Of a DNA stretch of 64,000 nt, positions 14,234 through 26,499 are shown one piece after another (the stretch's first letter is position 1; each line of letters opens with the position of its first letter). This DNA is from the human T2T-CHM13v2.0 reference genome, Homo sapiens: assembly GCF_009914755.1 (NCBI RefSeq), contig NC_060947.1. One strand, written 5' to 3'. The translations under genes were made by a program, and so were the position numbers. A model generated the notes under the pieces. The model did not search any database. It was not told the origin of the DNA and was given only the letters and a program-made list of their open reading frames with translations.

Positions 14234-16313
14234 GCTCCAGATAAAGCCAAATATGCTTGGCCTTTAACATTCATTTTTTTTTTAAAAAAAGGGAAAGGAT
14301 CCCATTTTTTTCAAAATCTAAGGCAGGTTTACATATATGTTGACTAACATATTTACTCCTTTTCCATATAAATGAAATAGGTTCTCCATCTGAATCTAGG
14401 AACATTAAAGAAATATTGTGATGATGGTGGGGGTAGGTATGGGATATTTTAAATGCATATTTCATCAGTCTAAATGGGTGGAAATTAATATCTCATAAAA
14501 TAAAATGATTATCTAGTTATGTTCCATACAAAACCAAAATCAATACACTGTATCTTACCTAAACTGCAATTAGAGTTTTAAAAAAACTAAAACAAGGAAA
14601 TGCTATTCTTTCCCGTTTTTTGCTAGCTGGGCACACACTTCTGAGCATGAGGCATTAAAAAACAAACAGGCAGACAAAAACCTTATTTTTTTAAAAAGAC
14701 ATATTTTTCCAGAGCACAAAAAGCTTCCTGAATCTTTCCTTGTATTTACTGTAGATTCAATCATTCCTTAGTGAGCAAAACATGCAGCCCATTCTCTTGG
14801 TTATGCTTGCCTGGCTTTCCAAATGCCCTCAAAACTAGGATGATGAATCACATACTTTGGCCCCATTGTGCCAATTAATAGTAAGCAAAAGAATTCCACA
14901 CGGCCAAGATAGGACTTTCTGCCTGGTTGTGCATACGGGGGTGGGGAGGGATTCTTCAGCCAATTGCTTTCAGAGAATCTTAAGAACAGGTGTTTCAGTT
15001 CCCTAAAATTCCTTTCATCCTAGAACATTCTATGTGGTTCTGCAGTGCCCCCACTTTGGGGATGGGCTTTGATCAGGAAAAACCTATGTTCATACAGTCA
15101 GCCTGGAGCTTCCAGGCTTAAAGCACGAAGGAAAGAATGGCTGACAGCTACACCATTTCAACCCTTCCAGGCCTCCATTTCTTTCTCTGAATTATAAGGG
15201 AAAAGTGGCCATACACACAAAGGCAAAAATAACAACAACAATAAAAACGCCCAAACACACCCAGTCTTGGCTGCCAGCACGGCCCGATTCTGCTGCTGAA
15301 AAAGAACAGTTGCTACAGTGCAGCTGGAGGAGCTTTTCCAGGGAACTGGTAATACCCTGGCTGTTAATGAATTATTTTTCGCCAGAATGTCGGATTCTTC
15401 CTGTGCTCCAGTAAACAGTCTGCTTCTGCCATGTGAAACAAAACCAACTCCTTCTGAGGAGCCCAAGGGGGTCAGCCAAGGGTCCCCTGTGAGGGCAGCC
15501 CCCTCAGGAGCCAGAGCCACAGGCGCCTGACCTGTAAATCACTGCAGTCCCAAGTTCATTATCCCATCCCTTTCCGTCTATTTATGCCATGACCAGTGCC
15601 TAGGGAAGGACCCAGAAATGATGTGATGTGATGATACCATAGTGCCAGCCAAAATCCTTCTTCTACCTCCCTGAACTCTCCTTTGGCCAGGTTTCTTCAT
15701 CTGCTGTGCTATGGTTGTGTGAAATTGACCTTCCTTGCATTTATTCTGTCTCCCTCGCAGAAATTTTATTTATGTCCTTGCTCTTGTTCTCATCAAGCTG
15801 TCAGGAAATGACAGTGTGCATTCTCTTTTTTATTTTCTCTCCTTTAAGGCTGGCCCTGGCCCTAAATAACCCACTGTCAGCATGAGGGTGTCTACTGGCG
15901 ACATTACTCTCCAAGCACAAATCCCTGGGATGGATAGTACTTTAAGCTGCTACTAGAGCAGGTGTCAAGGAATTCTCCGATGGACAAGGACACCGGCCTG
16001 TGGGGTGGGTGGGGTCGAGGAAAGGAAAGAGCCATTTCATTCAAGCCAGTCCTGCCTGTGCCCATTCTATTGGGTTTCTGGGTCCCACATTCCTCATAGA
16101 GCATGAGACTGAGCCAACATGCTCATGGCTAGTTTCCACGGGGAACCTCCATCATGGCACCTGAGCTACTGAAAATCAAAATCGCTTGATGCCAGGCTGC
16201 TGTGGCTACTGACTCAGCCCCCTGCCTCCCACCTGCCATCGAGATGGAGAGCGTTTATGTCCCCAGAACATCTGGAGGCTGAAGTCACGAGGTTGGTTAG
16301 TTTGCTCCAGAGC

Positions 16314-16662
16314 AGCTCTGTCTAATAGAAATGTTTATGTAATTTAAATTTTTTTTGTAGTCACATTTAAAAAAATAAAAGAAGCCACTAATTTTAATAC
16401 TCTATCATATTTAACTAATATATTCAAAATATTATCATTTTACCATGTAATCAATGCAAAGCTTATTAATGAGCTATTTTGGATTCTTTTTTTGTATTAA
16501 GTCACAGAAATCCCATGCATCTGTTATATTTAATGCACATCCTAATTTGGACCAACCACTTTTCAAGCACTCTATGGCTGCATGTGGCTAGTGGCTAGTG
16601 TGTGGGACAGTGCAAACATGTGACATTTCCATCATCATAGAAAGTTTTATTAGACAGTGCTG
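16314..16662. mobile_element. MER33/MER3-type hAT-Charlie element
   Basis: 'cagctctgtctaatagaa'...'catgtggctagtggcta'...'ttttattagacagtgctg' termini and internal motifs. Confidence 0.75.
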
Positions 16663-16858
16663 TGCTGGAAGACCAAAAAGTTGTGGGAAGAGGAGTGACA
16701 GGTGTGAGCAGAGTGTGCTCCAAAGTTCTCTAGAATTACTGAGTTGTTGGAGCTAATTACAGCAGAAATTGGAATTACAAGGATTGGGATGTTCAAGGAG
16801 CCCAGCCCTATGTCTCAGTAGAGATTAAAATGGGCTTTTATGAAAGGCCCTGGGACCA

Positions 16859-17223
16859 TGCATAGTCTGAATGTGTCTGTCCCCTCCAAACTCCTGTGTT
16901 GAAATCCTAATCCCCAACGTGATGGTATTAAGAGGTGGGGCATTTGGTTGGTGATTAGGTCGTGAGAGTGGAGCCTTCATGAATGGGATGAGTGCCCTTG
17001 TAAAAGAAGCCCCAGAGAGGTCACTTGCCCCTTCTACCATGTGAGGGCACAGCAAGAAGATGCCATCTCTGAACCAGGAAAAAAGCCCTCACCAGACACT
17101 GAATCTGCCGGTATCTTGATCTTTGACTTCCCATCCTCCAGAACGGTGAGAAATATGTTTCTATCATTTATAAGTCACCCAGCCTATGGGATTTTGTTAT
17201 AGCAGCCCAGACGGATGAAGGCA
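16859..17223 (+). mobile_element. MLT1A-like MaLR solo LTR
   Basis: TG...CA termini, perfect 5-bp TSD GACCA (16854-16858 / 17224-17228), MLT1A internal motifs. Confidence 0.88.
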
Positions 17224-18116
17224 GACCATGCCCATGTTTTGCGGTGCTGCCCCACAGCAGTGGGAAGGCCAGCAAGTATGATCATGGCTCAAGACATCTG
17301 CTGGCTAAGCTGCCTCCATCTTAGCTGTTCTGGTCTGTTCAGGGCAGGGGCTGGGAGAGAACACCAAAGTCACATACTTCTTCCAATAACAATTCTGGGT
17401 TTGAATCTAATTTGGTGAAGCAGATACAGAAACGTGATCAAATTATGTGTGCCTGTGTCTGTGTGTGCATGTGTGTTCGTGTGTGTGTTCTTGGCAGGAG
17501 AGAGGAGGGTCATGTGTGAACTCCAGAAGTACTAACCTGGCCGCCAAAATCAGCTTCTCACCAGCTGCCATCAGAGGACAGTGAAGTGGCAGACTCAAGA
17601 GGCTCATCAACATTGTGAGCCATGAAGGAAAGGCTTTGAGTCTGGAAAGAATGAGATGATGGGCACCCGGGCAGACGATCAGGTGGGAGGGAGAAGTGGT
17701 AATCAGAGGCATTCTCCAAAGACAAGAGCTGCCAACTCTACAGCAAGGATGTCACCCTGATCCCCAAATCAAGCTTAATTCAGAATCCCACGCAGGCTTT
17801 TGTGTGTGGGAAGAGTGCAATTAGCCATCTTTCCCCCTCATTCTCTGAGGTCTCCCTCATATTCTGTTCAGGGAGGCAGCATTGAGGAGCTCCTCATACA
17901 TAGATTCAAAGCCCAGCTCCCTCGGTGGCTCCAGAATTTCTAGGAGTTTGAAGACTACCACCTGGTTGGAAGGGGGCTACGGGGCTTGCTTTAACGATAC
18001 ATTTGCATAGCAAGTTCCCTCCTCATTTTCCTATAGAGTGTTTGTTTATTTGAGACAGTTTCTAGTTAAAAATACCTCACCCAGCCTTTGGTCCCTCGTG
18101 GACTTTGAGTTAGTTG

Positions 18117-18779
18117 CTTAACCTTTCTGAGCCTTAGTTTCCTCACCTACAAGATGGGAATAATCTTGCCCATCTCCCATGGATTTTGTAAAGATTAAAC
18201 TGGGGCTTGTCAGCATGGAGCTACCAAGGGCTAAAACTGGAATATGACACCAGGAACTTCAGGCCCCCAACCAAACGTACAAATCTCTGGATCTCTCCTT
18301 GCTGGGTCTCCCTTAACAATGATCTACAGCCCCCTCCCCACTGCCATTCACTCCATCAGTGCCATCATTTAGTCACTCAACTCTCATTTATTAAGCAACA
18401 GTTGGGTGGTGGGGACTCCAAGATGAAAGGGTACAGTCTGTCCATCTGACACAGGGTATTTCGGATCTATCTACTTGGCACATAAGTATGCACTGTGGGT
18501 GACTGGGTTGCCCACTGGTGGGCTTCCACCTTCCCCCCAATCCCCACCAACTGTGTACCAGATTTTGCCAAGGTGGAGGGGCTGAAAGATCCAGCAGGAA
18601 GAGATCCAGAGATTTGTATGTTTGGTTAGGGGCCTGGAGTTCCTGGTGTCATACTCCAGTTTTAGTCCTTCGTGGTTCCATGCTGACGTGTCCCACTTTA
18701 ATCTTTACAACGTCTATGTGAGATGGGAAAGATTATTCCCATCTTGTAGGTAAGGAAACTGAGGTTCAGACAGGTTAAG
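18117..18779. repeat. Long inverted repeat: 193-bp arms (18117-18309 and 18587-18779), 277-bp spacer
   Basis: Manual ungapped alignment of the left arm to the reverse complement of the right arm gives 169/193 identities; the outer ~80 bp of each arm is MIR-derived. Confidence 0.92.
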
Positions 18780-18869
18780 AGAAATAAATAAGAGACCTGG
18801 AGCAGGGGAATAGGGACATGTTGCCCCTTTAAATCATAACCACCAAAGTCTGAAATCAGATACACAACT

Positions 18870-18990
18870 GGAAATTTATCTGAGCCTCAGATTCCTTATC
18901 TGTAAAATAATTCTTCCATCACAGGGTGGCTGAGAAGGTTTACCACATGTGAAGTGCCTAGCAGACAGAGGCCAACAATACATGTTAGTT
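18870..18990 (+). mobile_element. MIR fragment
   Basis: 'tctgagcctcagattccttatctgtaaaata...catgtgaagtgcctagc'. Confidence 0.7.
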
Positions 18991-21115
18991 CCCTTCCCAA
19001 TTTATTTCCCTCCACTACCATCCTCTCCAAAATTCTAAGCTTAGGGGAGAAGCCAGAGAACAGACGTTTCCTATTTTCTTATCATAAATTTGGAGCACGC
19101 TGTGCAGGGCTTTCTGCACATCCAGAGTATCTCCATTCTGGATCAATGGATTTGGGAGGCCAGTCCTATCCTCAGCTTCTGGGTCATTACAGCTAGAGCA
19201 CTCCCAGCAACAGCTCCTCACACACCTTCCAGTCTTTGATTTTTCTTTCTTGTAGTTCAGATGGTCCTGTTTCAGGGACTCTGTATTCTGGATACAAGAT
19301 TTTGAAATGTGTCTTACAGTTCTTCCCCAGCTGCCCACCAAACCGTGTTCTCACCCCAGCGATCGGCATCGCTTGGAAAACTGTCTTTTCATTTGTTCCT
19401 CAGATGAACAGGTTTTCCTGGGCAAAACATCACCACTGGAGGTCTTGGCTTTTTTTCATCATAAAGGAACCCCCTCGGGTGGCTGAATGGTCCCCTGGGC
19501 TGGTGCCAAAGTAGTCACTACCCCCAAGTTCCAGTCTGACTTGGTTCATAGTGCCTGGGCTGCCCTGGGGATGCCTCTAGTGGGCATCTGTCAGGACGAG
19601 AAGCGAGTGCCCATTTGAAGGAGACTGTGTGTATGTGGGGGTGTGGGGGCAGGTGGCTTCTCTGGGCTTGTAAGAGGCAGAGAAACTGGGATGCCACCAT
19701 CTTACAATTCTCTGCCTTCCAGCCCACCCCTGGCTTCTCATGTTCCCGTTTGAGAAGAAAACTAGCCTCCATACTGTCCCCTTCCGTATTGTCCCCCTCC
19801 CACCTTGCCACCCCTCTACTGTAACAAAGGCATGTCCACACCACATTTTCAAAGTTGTCACAAGTCTCTCGGTCCACCAACAACCAATTCTGATGACTCC
19901 AAAGGAGCAAGAGAGACATCCAGAAAACGGTGGGAAAGATTCCCTGGGAAAAGCACAGAAAACCTTGCCTGATGCTTGCAAGGCTAAGAATTGTTTTCTC
20001 CCTGCTGGCTGCTTTTCTCTCTGTTCTAAAGAGAAGCTTCCAAGAATCAGTTAAATAAAGGGATCACACCAGAGGATGCGAGATAATGCTAAACCAACAA
20101 AAACAAAGACCCAAATGAAACAGACAGAGCCATGAGAATACGCGGTTATCAAAACTTTGTTTGGCCATATCTATTTATCATCGCTGCACACCCGGGCTCT
20201 GCGGAATATCATTCTGTTGATGTCACTTATCCTCAGCAAAATATTTACACATCCTTAAAAACGCCAGATGAGGGGGGCCGGCCCGCGCACTGCCGCAAGC
20301 CGCCCCTCAAACCCCATCGCTGGGTTCTGAACAGCCCACGACATAGGGGCACGACGGTGGGTGGCACCAGCGGGCACAGGTGAGAGCTACCAACAGTTCC
20401 GGGAACACGGTCACCCAGACGCTGCGCCGTGCCCTCCCCACCTCTCCCCTACCTGACTCTGCAAGCAGCAGCCACATACCCGATATGGTGTCGGCGCCTC
20501 CTTGTCCTCCTCTCCTGCCTTTTTCATTGATTAAGTTCTCAAACCATTGTTAAAGCTGGGTTGCTTTTTCCTTGGAAAACTGGGCTAAATTCATTAAGCT
20601 TCCCTCTGCCACAAAAGGAATATTCATAAAAGTTTGGCAGGCAGAAAGGGAGACTGAGTGAGTGCCATGGTGTGGGTAACAACCCGCTCCTCCAAAGCCA
20701 CCTTCTTCTTCCGTGCCCCATCCCTCTCTCCATCCATCCGTCGTGCCCCAAACCTACTCCAAGGACTTCTGATAGGGAAACACAAAGCAGCAGCTGTTTG
20801 GCAACATTTCTACCCCTCGCCAGCAACTGTGGTGGGATGCCATTTCCCCACCCAGGCGGAGCTTATCCTGAACAATAGTCGGGCTTTAAATGGCAAACAA
20901 GCAAACACACAGAGCACAACCCCAACCCCGAAAAAGCCACCGCGGAGAGAAGCAATAACTCCCTCCGCAGCAAAAGGCGCCACTGAAACGCACGCAAAAA
21001 TGCAGCGAGAACGTTGCTCGGTGCCTAACATGGCAGAAAGCCCGAGCTGGTGCGGCCACCCCGGGGCTGGGCATTGGGGGGCACCGGGGCTCCCGGGGCG
21101 CCGACGCACACTCAC

Positions 21116-21300
21116 CCGGCTCCGGGGGGGATGCGGGGCTGGCCGCGCGTCACAAAGAGGAGCCCGGCGCAATCTGGCAAAACCCAACTTTCCACCAGGC
21201 TCGCCAGGGCCGCCAGATACGTCAACAGAATCCATCTTTCGAAGGGCCTGGAAGGCGCCGGGTTTTCCGGGCCGGGGCAGAACGGCAGATCCGGAGACTG
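21116..21300 (-). other. Candidate alternative first exon; 5' limit unknown
   Basis: Perfect donor CGG|GTGAGT (intron starts 21115) inside the CpG island; contains a strong-Kozak ATG at 21235. Confidence 0.5.
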
Positions 21301-21704
21301 CCCGGTGCGGTGCCTGGGCGCGGAGTCCGCCGTGCACCGCCCTCTGCGCCCGATGCCAGTGCGGGCGGCGGCCCGAAACCCACTTCGGGGCCCCCGCCCC
21401 GCCGGCCGGCGCCGCCTCCCCGGCAGTCCCCGGCCCCGCCGGCCAGTGCGCGGCGCCGGGAACGGGAGCGGGGCCCCGGCGCGCCACACGGGCGGCGGCC
21501 TCGGCCCGCGTCCCCGCCCCCGCCCGGCCCTCCCAGCCGGCCCCGGCCTCCGGGCGCCGTCCTGCCCCCGGGAGCAGGCCCCTCCCCGGGCGCCGGGCCC
21601 CGCCAGGCGCGCCCAGCCCGGCGCGCCCCCTGCGTCCCGGTGGCAGCTCCGCGCGGGGAGGGCGGGGGTGACCCCGGCCCGCACGGGGGCGCCGCGGCCA
21701 CTAC

Positions 21705-21910
21705 CTCGCAATCGCGGCCGCCGCCTCCAGGAAGCCGCGGGGTGGTCGAGTGTGCTGGAACTCTCCGGTCTGGCCTCGCCGCCGGCCGCCTGAAGGGGGT
21801 GCGCCGCGGTGGGAGCCGCCGTCGCCGCTGTCACCGAGTCGCTGTCGCCGCCGCCGCTGCTGGTTGTGCGTGAGCGTGTGTGCGCCTGTGTCCTGGCGAG
21901 TGTGTGTCTG
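21705..21910 (-). other. RAI2: Non-coding first exon of a minus-strand gene, tentatively RAI2 (retinoic acid induced 2)
   Basis: Begins ~30 nt downstream of the TATA-like box, has no ATG, and ends at donor GAG|GTAGTG (GT at 21704-21703). The gene name rests on recalled architecture (~200-nt non-coding exon 1, alternative first exons, long intron, L1-rich Alu-poor gene-free flank) and needs BLAT confirmation. Confidence 0.55.
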
Positions 21911-21930
21911 CGTGCGGCGCCCGGCCTTTA

Positions 21931-21937
21931 CTATATA
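21931..21937 (-). promoter_or_regulatory. TATA-like box (TATATAG)
   Basis: The only AT-rich patch in the island core (minus strand GTGTATATAGTAAAGG), ~30 nt upstream of CA-rich initiator-like sequence. Confidence 0.75.
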
Positions 21938-22067
21938 CACCAAGGGGTGGGAGGAGGCGGGGAAGGGGAGGGCTTGGGGGAGGCGGCGGAGGAGGGGGAG
22001 CAGGAGGGGGGCGAAAGGGTACCCGAGGAGGCGGCGGCGGAGGAGGGACAGGTGATCTCGCCCACGG

Positions 22068-22125
22068 GGAGGGCGTGGCCGTGGGCGGCGCGGGGTGCCA
22101 GGAAGAAGGGGTGTCGGGGCGGGGA
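22068..22125. promoter_or_regulatory. Sp/KLF GC boxes
   Basis: GGGCGTGGCC (22071-22080) and GGGGCGGGG (22116-22124) in the proximal promoter. Confidence 0.6.
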
Positions 22126-22905
22126 GGAGGACCTTGGGGGGAGCGCCGGGGGAGGGCCGGAGGAGCTGGGACCCTACTGCCTCCCGGCGGGCTGGGGACC
22201 ATTCCAGACCCCAGGATGGAGAAGAGCGAGGAACAGAGCCCAGAAGGGAGGAAGTGGCTGGCTGATGGAAGCGGGGGAGGTGGGAAGGGCTCAGCGATCA
22301 CCCGAAAATGCCAATTGTGATACCGGTGGAGGATGCTTCTCACAAGGTGGGAGATTAGGAAAGATCAAATTAGTCCACCTACGTAATGTAATTTCCATCC
22401 AAGAGGTGATTCATGTATCAATCTAACCTTTATTAAGCGCCTAGTGTTTGCCAGATACTGGGCAAAGAACTGGAGTTACAGGGACGGTGACTGTATGATT
22501 GCTGACCAGTAAATAAGTAGTAGGTGTCAGTTGTACTATTGATCATTTTAAAACTGAAAACAATAAACCCTTAGAATTCTTGAGACAGCCAAGGAAGCAA
22601 CCAAATTGGTTTAATGATTCTCCAAAGATGTAAAGATTTTTTTCTATTAATCAAAACAGGATGAAGATATTTGAGAGAGAATAGCAGAGCAGAAATTATT
22701 TAATCAGAGCAGAGAATAAAATGAATCTAGTTGTTCTTGGTAGTCTCGAGCCCCCTGAAGTTCCAATACTGTGTGTATTAAACATGACTTTCCTCTTATC
22801 AAATCTGAGTTTTATAACACAGTTTATAATTAGTATGGGAGCCTGAACTTGTGTTTGAAAGGCTGTATTCTAACTATGTTGTGTTGCAAGCATAAGGTGG
22901 TAGTA

Positions 22906-23163
22906 ACTGAGGCTGAATGATGTCTGTCTTGAGCACTTTTGCCTTTGTGGACTCCTTCCTCCGTAGAAAGATATTACAAATTACATTTTACAATTGCATT
23001 TGTGTAAAGATGAATATAATAGCATTATATATTAAAACAGTTTCTTCAACCTAAAAATTCATTTTTTCTTCTGATTTTAAAAGAAATTAAAAGATTTATG
23101 TGGGTCCCTAAACATGAGCCCCAGGCACTGTGTCTACTATGCCTAAGGGAGAAGTCAGCCCTG
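22906..23163 (-). mobile_element. ORSL-like hAT-Tip100 element
   Basis: Ends in 'caggcactgtgtctactatgcctaagggagaagtcagccctg' with AT-rich core 'ttttcttctgattttaaaagaaattaaaa'. Confidence 0.65.
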
Positions 23164-24194
23164 GTAGTACCATTCCTTGATACTGAATTTCCTCTTTTGA
23201 AAAAGAAGAGTTAAATTAAGAAGTACCCAGACCACACAGGGGTGGAAAGACACACAGTGCAAGTTTAAGAATTGATAATAATGAATATCAACAGAAAGTG
23301 TCAGTTTCTACTTGTTTCAATCAGGTTTTGGGGGGTTTAAAATCAGCCCCAACTAATTAATGATACCTGTGGAAATATTTATGAATGTGTCTTCAATCAT
23401 TTCAGCAACCAAAGACTTCCTCTATAGATCTCATAACTGTTCTAAGTTCTTGGATAAGGTATGTGAGGTCTCGGTTGCCAAGACCTAGCCTGAATCCAAC
23501 TAAAGACACAGCTGGGCAATTATAATTGGGCAAGTTCATGGATGAAAGATCCATAAAGGTTTTGTGTGTGTTGAGGGGGTATGTGTGTATAAGGTAGGGA
23601 TTGATATCCTGGAAGGCAATTACTAGCCTATTTCTTTTGTTGGCCTCATCACAACCCTGGGTTAATGTTTGATCCTCACTGGCAGTTGTGATTCATATTT
23701 GCTGCCCTTTGAGGTGCTTATGTTTTCAGGAAAGATTATATTGATTCAGATTAATGCAGAAGAAATAGGCTTCATGGCCCCCATTCCCAAATAAACATAC
23801 AGTGGCACCCTTCTGCCTTTTCATCCTGGCTGCCCTTGCAAAGGGAAGGAAAAAAGGTTCATAAAGGGTGGGTCTGGATTTGTGTGTGCGTGTGGGGTGG
23901 TGCTTTGGGACAGAAATAGGACATTAATGTGGAATAATTTTGTTCATACAGTTAAAGGGGTGCCTAAGAAAATGGAGGGAAGAAGGAACATGCCGAAACA
24001 GCAGGAAAGAACAACCTCAAAATCTTCCAGGATGGGTCAGGGTGATTTTTGAGATCTGTAATTGTAATATTTGGTGATTTTAAATAAGTACCCAAGAAAT
24101 TTCCCATCCCAGATCTTATTCTTTTTACCCATATCCTCCTTCTCTCATACAGCATCTCCTTATAATCGAGTTTCCACATACTTGCCAGATGAGC

Positions 24195-25690
24195 GATTAG
24201 TTTGTTTATCCAATAAACATCTATTAAGCACCTACTAGCTGCACAGTCACTGAGCTAAGGATGTGGGTTAGAGATATGGTGAATACATGGTTTCTGACCC
24301 CAGTATGCTCACAGATTATTAAGAACTGTTAATAATACAATTTGACATTGTGTGGTACATGGTGAGTTATAAAATAGGCTGGGTGAACACCCAAGGAGTG
24401 GGCCTATTCCTGCACTGGGAAGGAATAGGGAATGGCATGGGGCAGGGAAGTCAGAAAAGGTTGCCAGAGATGGTGACAGTTGCTGAGTGCTGAGAGACAA
24501 ATAGAAGTTTCCAAAGTAAACAAAAGGCATTATAAGTGAAGGGAACTGAAGCTGGGATGCAGAACACTATCTAGAGGCTGCAGATTTTTTGTAAGTCCAG
24601 AGTAGAGGCTGTGAGGAATAGTAGAGGAGGGGGAAAGGGAAGCTACAGGTCACTTGAAGTCCCTGGTCTGTCCTGTCAAGGAGCTTTTCCTTGCAGTCAG
24701 TGAGAACCATTGAAAGGCTTTAAGCAAGGGAATGACAAGGAAAGATTTGGATTGAGGAATGATCACTCTGTTGGTTGGTGTGGTGGGCTGATCAGAGGGA
24801 GGTGAGATTGGCAGCAGGGAGACCAGGTAAGAGAGGCTGTTGCAATGATTGGTCCTGCCAGCAGAGATGAAGAGTAGGAACTTGAGTCAGGTGGTACTTG
24901 GGATGCAGAATCAACAAGGCTTGATGATGGAGGAAACAGGAGTAAGGGTGACTGACACCTGGTTTTCTGACTTGGGTGACAGGGTGGGTGGGGGCGTGGT
25001 CACTGAGATAGAGGTCCCTAGGAAGAGAAGCAGATTTGGGGCTGGCAATGACAAGTGTCGTAGGTTCCCCCAGAAGCATATCCTGAGACAAGGATTCCAG
25101 TGCAGAAAGTTGATTTGGGAACTGAAGGAAACACTGTAGGGGAGGAGGGAAGGAAGCCAGAGGGACAGCCATCAATGGGAGGCATGTTCACAAGGCCAGT
25201 TACCACTGTGAGCAACTGGAGCTTAATCCCACAGGCAAACTCTTGGACAGGATACCAAGCACCCACTCCAGAGATGAAGAAGCTAGTTAAGAGCAGTCCA
25301 GGGGGTGCTGATTTTCTGGCAATTCCAACCTACCACCCAGCATAGGCAGAAGATCCTTCCCAAATACAGAGAGAAGATCCTGGCAGCTGGATGTCTGTGG
25401 AGCACATTAAAGTGGTAGCACCCAAGGGATGTGGGTGGTGCATCATCAGTATCTGCTCCAGGGAGTTCTGGTTAAGACATCTCGAATTGGAGGTGCCTGT
25501 TGATTAGCCGCGTAGAGCTGTCCAGTAGGCATTTGGAAGAGTAGATCTGGAGTTCAAAATTTAAGTTGCAGACCAGGATTTTGGAGTTGTTAGGCCCCGG
25601 GTGTTGGTTGAACCAGTATTACTTGGTGAACTCTGTAGAAGACATGTGTGAATTGGGCTGGTGGCTGAGCCCTTCACCCTGGGGTACACC
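24195..25690 (-). mobile_element. L2 block interrupted by an LTR
   Basis: L2 end 'caataaacatctattaagcacctacta' and body motifs 'gagaaccattgaaaggctttaagcaagggaatgaca', resuming after ~25460. Confidence 0.7.
25055..25460. mobile_element. LTR33/LTR16-like ERVL LTR
   Basis: 'ggttcccccagaagcatatcctgagacaaggatt...gatttggga'. Confidence 0.65.
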
Positions 25691-26499
25691 AACACAATCT
25701 GACCTCATCTTTATGAACATGTGGGTTTCTCAAGGGGTTCCTGAAAGCCCTGAAATTGTAGATGTCAGTTTAATGCTCACCGGTGTGAATGCATCTGGGG
25801 AAATTGTCTATTGCTTTCAAGAGATTCTTAACTTCTTAAGGGGTCTATATTTTACTGAAGTGGAATAATGTATTTAAAATGGAAACTTTGTTTTACAAAT
25901 GTTTTCGTGGTTAATAATATTTACTGGGTGATTGAGTGAATGAGGCAGGCATTTGAAAACATAATCACAAGGCAGAAGGAGAAATGCTGAAGAAAATGCA
26001 AGGGATAACTGAAGCACAGAGGACCGAAATCAAACCCAGGTTTAGGGAAAGAGGATGGAAAGCATTCAGAGAAACAGTCCAACGAGAATGACATTTTTAC
26101 CTGAGGAATGTTCAGAGCTCATGAGGTGAGGGAAAGGTTTTGACTCTTTGGATGGGACAGAGACATCTACTGCGCTCTGCATGGGGGTGGGGAGTTTCAG
26201 TATTCTTCATCTGAGGACTTCCTATGAACTGTTTTATGCACTTTGGATAAAATTAGCAAAGACTGGATCAAAGGATATGTGAGTTGGTCCTTTAGTTTGG
26301 CAATCAGTAAGTATATACTGAACAGCTATTACTTTAAAGTACTAAGCTACCTGCTAGAAAGCAAAGAATAATAAAGTACCATCCCTGCACTGCATTGAAG
26401 CCTCTCATTGTCCAGTTGTAGCTCTGTCTAGTCTCACAAGCAGTAGAGCATTGCATTTCATAGAGATTTTTGAGAAATTATCACAAGTAAGAAGCAAGC

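Larger units (their letters stand above)
20240..22330. promoter_or_regulatory. CpG island (core ~20930-22200)
   Basis: Very high GC and CpG density against CpG-depleted flanks. Confidence 0.95.

Noticed and set aside
20658-22426. Many overlapping 150-337 aa ORFs on both strands
   Set aside because: Pro/Gly/Ala/Arg-rich products expected from stop-codon scarcity in a CpG island; mostly non-ATG starts and no recognisable domain.
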